A DNA stretch of 63,168 nucleotides, counting the filler, from Octopus bimaculoides (taxonomy: Eukaryota): assembly GCF_001194135.2 (NCBI RefSeq). It is 7 parts of 4 records of this genome, joined end to end, with 100 filler letters (N's around TTAATTAATTAA, not from the genome) between each part and the next. Parts side by side here need not be neighbours in the genome. Positions count along the whole stretch, not along the records: positions 50,361 to 56,703 come from NC_068981.1; positions 56,804 to 59,768 come from NC_068983.1; positions 59,869 to 63,168 come from NC_068983.1; 4 more parts are not named here. The stretch is one strand, 5' to 3'. Under the pieces are notes generated by a model. That model was given only the letters and a program-made list of their open reading frames with translations. It searched no databases and was not told the origin of the DNA. The position numbers were made by a program, and so were the translations under genes. Shown piece by piece: positions 53,666 to 63,168 of the stretch. The stretch's first letter is position 1, and the number at the start of each line of letters is the position of its first letter.

Positions 53666-54541
53666 AAACGAATACAATTGCATCTATCTATACTCTTCTA
53701 CTCTTTCACTTGTTTCAGTCATTTGACTGCGGCCATGCTGGAGCACTCGCTTGAATTTTTTAGTTGAATGAATTGACTCCTCCACAAATGGAGTTTAAAG
53801 ATTCCCAAGAGCTGTTTCAAGAGCATTTTCTTTTATTGAGAAAAGAAAAAAACGTTTCGGCCCAGGAGGGAAGACGTGCAACATGTGAAGACCATGTACT
53901 TTACGTTGTATTTCAGAACTGTGATGTCTGATGGCGACCAGAAACACTGGATAATCTTTTCTACTCTAGGCACAAGGCCCGAAATTTTTGGGAGGGCGGC
54001 TGTCAATTAGATCGACCCCAGTACGCAGCTGGTATTTAATTTATCGACCCCCTAGAGGATGAAAGGCAAAGTCGACCTCGGCGGAATTTGAACACAGAAC
54101 GTAAAAACAGACGAAATACTGCTCAGCATTTCGCCCGGCGTGCTAACGATTCTGCCAGATCTGGCTGGGGGTGGATGAGGGTTAGCGAGCTTCTCATTAA
54201 AAGGTGTGTAGATTCTAGTGTCCTTTGAACGAGAGAAGAGGTGGAGCATTTACGAGGAGGGAAGTGTTTTAATGAAGAGTCGGTCGGGGGGTGGGGAAGA
54301 CGAAGCAGCAACAGCAGCAACTGCAGCAGTTCCGACCGACTAATTAATCACTTCTTGCTTCTTTTTATCTTTCTTTTCATTTCTATTTTTAGAATTTAAA
54401 TTTCCAGATTTTTGTCTCTACAGAACTTATTTTTAGATTTTGCGCTTATCGTTGTCATCGTCATCATCATCATCACCGACCCCTCTTCCCCCTTATGATG
54501 ATGATGATGATGAAGTGAACAGTGACGATGATGATGATGAT

Positions 54542-54572
<31 letters not shown>

Positions 54573-55383
54573 GTCGTCGTCGTCCTCACTGTCCACTTCC
54601 CCTCCACATTCTCCTCTTCCATCTCCTCTTCATCATCATCTTGATCATGATCATGATGTCACCACCACCACCACCACCTCCACCTCCACCTCCACCTCCA
54701 CCACCACCACCACCACCANNNNNNNNNNNNNNNNNNNNNNNNNNNNNNNNNNNNNNNNNNNNNNNNNNNNNNNNNNNNNNNNNNNNNNNNNNNNNNNNNN
54801 NNNNNNNNNNNNNNNNNNNNNNNNNNNNNNNNNNNNNNNNNNNNNNNNNNNNNNNNNNNNNNNNNNNNNNNNNNNNNNNNNNNNNNNNNNNNNNNNNNNN
54901 NNNNNNNNNNNNNNNNNNNNNNNNNNNNNNNNNNNNNNNNNNNNNNNNNNNNNNNNNNNNNNNNNNNNNNNNNNNNNNNNNNNNNNNNNNNNNNNNNNNN
55001 NNNNNNNNNNNNNNNNNNNNNNNNNNNNNNNNNNNNNNNNNNNNNNNNNNNNNNNNNNNNNNNNNNNNNNNNNNNNNNNNNNNNNNNNNNNNNNNNNNNN
55101 NNNNNNNNNNNNNNNNNNNNNNNNNNNNNNNNNNNNNNNNNNNNNNNNNNNNNNNNNNNNNNNNNNNNNNNNNNNNNNNNNNNNNNNNNNNNNNNNNNNN
55201 NNNNNNNNNNNNNNNNNNNNNNNNNNNNNNNNNNNNNNNNNNNNNNNNNNNNNNNNNNNNNNNNNNNNNNNNNNNNNNNNCACACGTAGAAACATTTTTC
55301 TTTCATCGGTTTTGTTATTTCTTTCAAACGTTCTAACACCGAAATGTGTCGGCACTTGTTATCAAGCAGGCAAAGACTTAGTA

Positions 55384-55466
<83 letters not shown>

Positions 55467-55524
55467 ATACTTTAAAATAGTTCCATTCGACTTCATTATA
55501 GATAATAATATATGCAACTCCTAA

Positions 55525-56070
55525 GGCGTCGAGCTGGCAGAAACGTTAGCACGCCGGGCGAAATGCTTAGCGGTATTTCGTCTGCCGTTATGTTCTGAGT
55601 TCAAAATCCGCCGAGGTTGACTTTGCCTTTCATCCTTTCGGGGTCGATATATAAAGTACTAGTTACGCACTGGGGTTGATGTAATCGACTTAATCCCTTT
55701 GTCTATCCTTGTTTATCCTATCTGTGTGTAGCCCCTTGTGAGCAGTAAAGAAATAAGAAACGTTAACACGCCGAGGTCGACTTTGCCTTTCATCCTTTCG
55801 GGGTCGATAAATTAAGTACCAGTTACGCACTGGGGTCGATGTAATCGACTTAATCCGTTCGTCTGTTCTTGTTTGTTCCCTCTATGTTTAGCCCCTTGTG
55901 GGCAATAACGAAATAAGTATTTCGTCTGTCTTTCAAATTCCGCCGAGGTCAACTTTGCCTTTCATCCTTCCAGGGTCGATAAACTAAGTACGAGTTGCAT
56001 GCTGGAGTCGATCTAATCGACTGACCCCTCCTACAAAATTTCGAGCCTTGTGCCTAGAACAGAAAAGAAT
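55525..56070 (+). mobile_element. Tandem or nested SINE cluster (13336/34365 family)
   Basis: Three successive GCCGAGGT.GACTTTGCCTTTCATCCTT.C.GGGTCGAT cores. Confidence 0.85.
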
Positions 56071-56109
56071 ATATGTAATTCCTACTAAATGTGTCGAATA
56101 CTTAATTCT

Positions 56110-56310
56110 TTTGTTTGTCCACACACAATAAAATGGAAAATAGTCGAAAAGTTCACATCATATTTCAACGAATCAAAAAATGCAAGCTATACGTAGCTGA
56201 AAGAACACCGATTCTTTTCAGATCTAAGAACCCGACTGCACTGCTGAATTCCAGATCTGAAATTATCCGCAGCTGTAAACATATGCATAAGTTCCTGTTG
56301 GCGAATTAGA
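56110..56310 (+). mobile_element. Penelope-like element C-terminal remnant
   Basis: KKCKLYVAERTPILF...LLNSRSEIIRSCKHMHKFLLAN matches the PLE LLN.R.E....C.H..K..L end. Confidence 0.75.
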
Positions 56311-56747
56311 AAATAACCCTCTTCATCCAGATGGAGCAGCTGTACCGCAGACTCTACGGTCAAAGGGAACATAACTCTAATCCCCCCTTCTTTCTTTAGT
56401 GTTTCCTTTGTCGTTTCCGGTTTTCAATCTTCCACCTTCTCGTACTTTCTCGCTTTTTTAACTCTCATCCTATCGTCCTGTTTTACCTTGTTATGCCATG
56501 TGGGCAAAGCCTGAGGATTGCGTGAAGGCACCAGACGTGTTAAAAAATGGTGTCTGATATGTTTTCCCCGCATGAAGTTAATAGTAGCTCATAAAAATAT
56601 GTATTGTGTTTATTAGATACTATTTATCTCTCACCAAATGTAGTCCTTTTTTTAATTGATCTTACCGTTACGGAAGAGTATATATATATATATATATATA
56701 TATNNNNNNNNNNNNNNNNNNNNNNNNNNNNNNNNNNNNNNNNNNNN

Positions 56748-56759
56748 TTAATTAATTAA
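56748..56759. other. Artificial contig-join linker
   Basis: 44 N + TTAATTAATTAA + 44 N. Confidence 0.95.
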
Positions 56760-56803
56760 NNNNNNNNNNNNNNNNNNNNNNNNNNNNNNNNNNNNNNNNN
56801 NNN

Positions 56804-56835
<32 letters not shown>

Positions 56836-56879
56836 TTAAATACACACACATGTATATGCATGTATCTATGCATGCGTTT

Positions 56880-56917
<38 letters not shown>

Positions 56918-57434
56918 TTATATATATATATATATATACACACACATATACATGCGTGCGCGCATATGCCAATATGTATGTATGTATTTATATCGGAAAT
57001 CACGGGCAATGTTTGGAAGTACATGGTCTACTAATTAGTATCATTAAGATATCTTTAACTGATAAATGAAATAGAAACGAAACGAAACCTCCCACCTTGT
57101 CTGGGCTACGGCGGTGCCAAGTTGTTGAGGACATTCTCGGGACATAACGAGCCGGCACTTATGGTCTCTCACTACTTCTCTTTCCCTCTCTCTCTCTCCC
57201 TTTCTCTCCCGATATGTTCATTACAAACTCGTTTCATAGACGCGTGTGACGGAACCATATATATATATATATATATATATATGTGTAAATATATATATAT
57301 ATGTATGTATGTATATATGTATGTATAGATATTTCCTTTCCTGAGCGTCCAATAACACTATCTGTATCACGTCCTCAGTTTGTTGTTTTTTTTGTTATTG
57401 TTTTTTTGAACTTATATATGTATATATATCTGCG

Positions 57435-57479
<45 letters not shown>

Positions 57480-57596
57480 TATATATATAAGTATGCATAG
57501 ATGTATATGTACATAGATGCAGATACTTATATTGGTTTCAGTATTTGCGAGTGCGTTTGTGTAGGAGTGTTTGTCTAAGAACTTGTGTGAGAGAGT

Positions 57597-57637
<41 letters not shown>

Positions 57638-57854
57638 CGTATATACTGCATCCACGTAGGTCGAGTTGAATTTCATTCTCTCACAAGTCCGCCCAAAACC
57701 TCCTCTTTTCTCCTCGCCTACTCCTCCCTCAACTTTCCACTAACTTACACCACACCTCCTCTCCTCGTTTAACGAAATCGTTATATGAAGTTGTATGTGT
57801 ATGTGTGCGTGTGTATGTATGTATGTGTGTGTGTGTATGTGTGTGTGTGTGTGT

Positions 57855-57895
<41 letters not shown>

Positions 57896-58171
57896 TGTGT
57901 GTGTGTGTGTGACAGATAGTAAGCTATAGAGAACGAACGAAAGGGAACGGACAAGGAAACAAACAGACAACGGTGACAGAAGTAAGCAGAAGCTGCATAC
58001 ACATCTATATTTATATACAAATACAGTTTTATATAAATATGTATATATATACGAAATAATATACATGTATATATATATATTATTTATATATACACATTTC
58101 CAAGTAAGTTTATATATATATATATATTTGCGAGGGTTTGACATGCATCTTCAGCCAGCTAGTGTTGCTAC

Positions 58172-58214
58172 TTCAGGCTGATGACGAGCAATGACTCAGA
58201 AACATGTCTCTGAA
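58172..58214 (+). ncRNA. Minimal type-I hammerhead ribozyme candidate with intact core
   Basis: TTCAGG-CTGATGA-C-GAG caatga CTC-A-GAAA-CATG-TC-TCTGAA: 6-bp helix I, all core nucleotides present, palindromic helix III ACATGT, GUC cleavage triplet. Confidence 0.7.
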
Positions 58215-58376
58215 TGCACACTGAGGTGGGTGAAGGTGCTTGTCTCCCCTTCGCAAATATAAAGACACACGAAATGTGTCAAGGCCGACAGGAAGCGGTC
58301 CAGCTTCCTAGGGCTAAATAGCAGCAGTATGATTCCCTTATTGGGACTGTCACATTGAGTTGACAATATACAACTG

Positions 58377-58423
<47 letters not shown>

Positions 58424-59150
58424 TTGGGTTGGCAACTAAGTTCCCGCGGTTTTTTAAAATTTTGGAATTTATTGCATTTTTAAACTTTGGAATCTATTTT
58501 TTTCGAGAATACTATTTTTGAATCATTTTGGAATCTATATTGTTTTTTTTCTAGTTAATTTTAATTAATTTCTGTTTATTTTCAGATCATTAAAATGGAA
58601 TGTCAAGTTANNNNNNNNNNNNNNNNNNNNNNNNNNNNNNNNNNNNNNNNNNNNNNNNNCCTCGTTCTGGCCGTCCAGTTGAATTCGATGAAGAGCGATT
58701 AAACCAACTTTTGCACGAAAATTCTCGTCAAACGACAAGGAACTGGCAGAGAAAATGGAATGCTCCCACACTGCTATAGAGAAGCATCTTCACTCGATGG
58801 GAAAGGTTCAGATGTATGGGGCATGGGTTCCGCGTGCTTTAAGTGACAACAAAAATCAACGAGCCACAATCTCCGCTGGTTTGCTTGCTCGTCACTGCTC
58901 AACTCATGGACACAAGCAACGATTTCTTTAACGAATCGTTACTGGCAACGAAAAATGGTGCCTGTACATCAATATGAAGCAGCGTAAGGAATGGCTTAGT
59001 CGGTAAACAGGAGACACCGCGCGTGAAACAAGATCTTCATCCGCGTAAAACGATGTTGTGCGTATGGTGGGACTGGGAAGGGATTATCCATTACGAATTG
59101 CTTGAACGGAACCAAACGGTCAACGTGGAACTCTATGTTCAACTCTATGT
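58424..59150 (+). mobile_element. Mariner (DD34D-type) 5' part
   Basis: TTGGGTTGGCAACTAAG TIR-like start; SGRPVEFDEERL..., AWVPRALS, IVTGNEKW, HPRKTMLCVWWDWEGIIHYELL. Confidence 0.9.
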
Positions 59151-59519
59151 TCTGCGACCACATCACCCCTAACTGGCCACCTAACTCCCCAGACTGCAAC
59201 CCCTTCGATTATTACGTGCGGGACGCTGTTGAGCGAGAGACCAAGAAAACTCCTTGTAACACCAAAGATGAACTGAAGGCACGGATTATGGCAGCATTGA
59301 CCAACTTAGACAAGATGACCTTCCAGAAGAGTTGCAGGAGATTCCAAAGTGGCCTGGAGGTCGTGGTTGAAGCCAATGGCGATTTTATTGAATAAATTTA
59401 CTCTTTAGTATTTCAAGATATTTTTATGTAATTTTGGTAAATATATCTGTTAAAATGGAATGTCGATGTATTTTCATTTTTGCGTAATTGAGATGACAAT
59501 TTATTCACCGCAACCTGTA
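59151..59519 (+). mobile_element. maT/DD37D-like transposase 3' part and TIR
   Basis: WPPNSPDCNPFDYYV...VERETKKTPCNTKDELKARI...CRRFQSGLEVVVEANGDFIE; ends ...CAACCTG|TA. Confidence 0.8.
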
Positions 59520-59708
59520 CATATTCTTTCATTCTTTTATTCTTTTACTTGTTTCAGTCATTTGACTGCGGCCGTGCTGGAGCACCGCTTTAAGGGTTGT
59601 AGTTGGCGAACCGATAATTTACGGGGATATAAACTTGCCAACATCGGTCGTCAAAGCGATGGCGGGGGGCACAAACAGACACACGCACATACATCTCTCC
59701 TTCTCTCT

Positions 59709-59768
<60 letters not shown>

Positions 59769-59812
59769 NNNNNNNNNNNNNNNNNNNNNNNNNNNNNNNN
59801 NNNNNNNNNNNN

Positions 59813-59824
59813 TTAATTAATTAA
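59813..59824. other. Artificial contig-join linker
   Basis: 44 N + TTAATTAATTAA + 44 N. Confidence 0.95.
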
Positions 59825-59935
59825 NNNNNNNNNNNNNNNNNNNNNNNNNNNNNNNNNNNNNNNNNNNNAGAGAGAGAGAGAGAGAGTCTGTCTGTGTGTT
59901 TGTATGCTCCAGCATGGCCGCAGTCAAATAAAAGA

Positions 59936-59980
<45 letters not shown>

Positions 59981-60500
59981 CGATGGGCTTCTTTCAGTTT
60001 CCGTCTACCAAATCCACTCACAAAGTTTTTCGTCGGCCCGAGGCTATAATAGAAAACACTTGCCCAAGGTGCCATACAGTGGGCTGGTAAGTAAGCTTCT
60101 TCTCACTCAGCTACGCCTGCGCATATATGGTCACCATTCAAATGCTTTTGATCTTCGATGAGGTTTCGATCCGGGTCTAAACAACTAAAACAAATTAGTT
60201 ATTTTGTAACCACCACCACGACCACCACTATCACCGCCGCCTCCTCCATCGACCACATAATAGTGACCGCCGCCACCACCATCATAACCACTCAACAACG
60301 ACTTATGTGATTGGTTACAAATTTCCGCGAAAAGCTTGGAAGTCAAGTAGTCTCTCCCTCTCTCTCTCTCTCTCTCACTCACACACACACACACATGCAC
60401 AGATGGACGTATACACATATCTAGACACGTACGCATATATAGACACAAGCATACACATAAACACAAACACAAACACACACAAACACACACAAACACAAAC

Positions 60501-60533
<33 letters not shown>

Positions 60534-60554
60534 AACACACACACACAAACACAA

Positions 60555-60585
<31 letters not shown>

Positions 60586-62764
60586 AGCACACACACACAA
60601 ACACACACACACTAACAAACACACACACACACACANNNNNNNNNNNNNNNNNNNNNNNNNNNNNNNNNNNNNNNNNNNNNNNNNNNNNNNNNNNNNNNNN
60701 NNNNNNNNNNNNNNNNNNNNNNNNNNNNNNNNNNNNNNNNNNNNNNNNNNNNNNNNNNNNNNNNNNNNNNNNNNNNNNNNNNNNNNNNNNNNNNNNNNNN
60801 NNNNNNNNNNNNNNNNNNNNNNNNNNNNNNNNNNNNNNNNNNNNNNNNNNNNNNNNNNNNNNNNNNNNNNNNNNNNNNNNNNNNNNNNNNNNNNNNNNNN
60901 NNNNNNNNNNNNNNNNNNNNNNNNNNNNNNNNNNNNNNNNNNNNNNNNNNNNNNNNNNNNNNNNNNNNNNNNNNNNNNNNNNNNNNNNNNNNNNNNNNNN
61001 NNNNNNNNNNNNNNNNNNNNNNNNNNNNNNNNNNNNNNNNNNNNNNNNNNNNNNNNNNNNNNNNNNNNNNNNNNNNNNNNNNNNNNNNNNNNNNNNNNNN
61101 NNNNNNNNNNNNNNNNNNNNNNNNNNNNNNNNNNNNNNNNNNNNNNNNNNNNNNNNNNNNNNNNNNNNNNNNNNNNNNNNNNNNNNNNNNNNNNNNNNNN
61201 NNNNNNNNNNNNNNNNNNNNNNNNNNCAACACTATCACCACTGCCATCACCCATCACCCATCACCATCACCATCACTACTATGACACTCATCACTAACCG
61301 CTGTCACCTCCGCTCCCGTCGCTACCATCACCATCACCCCGTACCACTGCAATTGCCGCTACTAAGATACTAAAAACAAAACGGGGAAAAAAGCAAAAAG
61401 AAAAACAGAAAGACAGAAGGGAAAAGCGTAAAAAAAACAGCAATAAAAATAAAGAAAGTGGGGGGGGGGAGGAAACAAGGAAACTAATAATAATAATAAT
61501 GAACTTTAGCTGGCTACCAATCACAGCAAGCATAGATAAACGAGCTCTGTACGTATATATATATATATTTATTTATATATATATATATATACGATGTTTC
61601 TTGTAAAGGCTGTTTTATTGGATCAACTTCGCAAAGTGGAACAGAAGTGTAGTAAGCAAAAGATAGATTTAATTGCGAGTGAATAATGAGGACTAGCTTA
61701 ACATGTCCCTGAGCAGTTATTATTGCTATTATTATTACAATAATAATGACTTTTATTTCATTGTTTTTTTCCCCCCGTTACAAACTGATGGACACGCGAT
61801 TGAAAAGTTTATAAATTTCTGAAGCAGGACACGCGGATCGTACAAATATATATTTATATATTTTTTGTTTCTTTCATAAATATTTTACTTCAGAAGTTGT
61901 AATCTTATACACGGCAATATACGTGTGCGTGTATGTATCTTCATTAACGATACACATGTATAAAAAAATATACTTTATTCATATAATTATTCATTTTCAT
62001 GTATTTACTTATAACTAACCTTATGATATACACAGATTCACACTAACTTCTGCATATATGCACGCATCTACACTATAATACAAAGAACCGATAATACATA
62101 TTTACAAAGTAACATTATAGTTTTACGAATCCAATATAGGTAGAATCAACAAAAAGTACTCCATTCTGTGAGAGAAAAATATCAATTTAATACACAATTT
62201 AAAAGGAGCTGCTAGTAGTTTCATACTTTTTCATACTGTAAATTGGCAGATTTATAAACCACCCGATGTATAATCAAGTTTTCACAATACATCCATATTA
62301 AAATAGTTAAATATATATGTACATTAGATTATTAAAACCATACCATATAGTAACTATAATTACATAAGTTATATATGAATAATATATATTTAAGATTCTT
62401 ATATATGTAATTATATATAATTTAGCATATAATTAAAACCATCCCCAAAATTCACATTCATACATACACAAAGAAGCAAGAATATAAGAATGATAAAATG
62501 CAAAAATGGAAACTGAAGAAGATAATCTAATAGAAAACCGAAAACAGAATTTGAAATTCTTCAAAAGAAAGGAACAGAAAAAGGAAAAAAAATTCATTAT
62601 ATCGACATATATTCTTTGTTTCATATAACACTTTTTTTTCCTTCGTGTGGAAAATTTTTGAACATACAAATTTTTGATATCACATAAACCAATATATATA
62701 TATAAAGCCATTTTCATATCAGCGATTCAAGGTAAGAAACATTTTTATAAGTTTTATATTCTTT

Positions 62765-63140
62765 TCTATTTTAGGCACAAGGCCCGAAATTTTGGGGGAG
62801 GGGACCAGTCGATTATATCGACCCCAGTACGCAACTAGTACTTAATTTATCGACCTCAAAAGGATGAAAGGCAAAGTCGACCTCGGGGGAATTTGAACTC
62901 AGAACATAAAGACAGAAGAGACACCGCTAAACATTACTCCCGGCGAAGTTTTATGTTATTGTATTGTCGTTTTAAATTATTAATGTTTTTGTTAGCACGT
63001 CGGGTAGAATGCGTAGTGGCATTTTTCATACGTCACCACGTCCTGAGTTCAAATTCCGCCGAGGTCAACTTGGCCCTTCATCCTTACAGGGTCGACTAGT
63101 CCTCCCCACAAATTTGAGACCTTGTGCCTCTAGTAGAAAG
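62765..63140. mobile_element. Two degenerate SINE copies in opposite orientation
   Basis: Minus-strand GGATGAAAGGCAAAGTCGACCTCGG...GAACTCAGAAC, then plus-strand GAGTTCAAATTCCGCCGAGGTC. Confidence 0.75.
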
Positions 63141-63168
63141 GATTTTATTATTATTATTATTATTATTA

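Noticed and set aside
54396-54720. Poly-D/H/P ORFs
   Set aside because: Mixed trinucleotide microsatellites at a gap edge, with no splice or homology support.
56505-56560. CTGAGGA-TTGC...GCA downstream of the Penelope remnant
   Set aside because: The GAAA box and helix I are missing; at best a relic.

Overview
AT-rich, microsatellite- and gap-riddled animal DNA. The SINE families and repeat landscape look like Octopus or another coleoid cephalopod (recognition from memory, not a database result). Six identical 100-bp spacers (44 N + TTAATTAATTAA + 44 N) split the window into seven pieces (1-14714, 14815-30596, 30697-45981, 46082-50260, 50361-56703, 56804-59768, 59869-63168), which may not be neighbours in the genome. 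Most ORFs in the supplied track are microsatellite or N-gap artefacts. The best-supported host gene is a 5'-incomplete, four-exon plus-strand CDS (33626-38260) with GT-AG junctions and matching phases. It encodes about 183 aa of a Trp/Cys-patterned globular domain to which I can assign no function. Weaker candidate exons occur in the first three segments. The rest is decayed transposons: Tc1, mariner, maT/DD37D-like, Tigger/pogo, hAT, CR1-like, RTE, Dong/R4-like and Penelope-like, plus many tRNA-derived SINEs. The most interesting non-coding signal is a set of at least four unrelated minimal type-I hammerhead-ribozyme-like motifs with palindromic helix III. One has an intact catalytic core (58172-58214).
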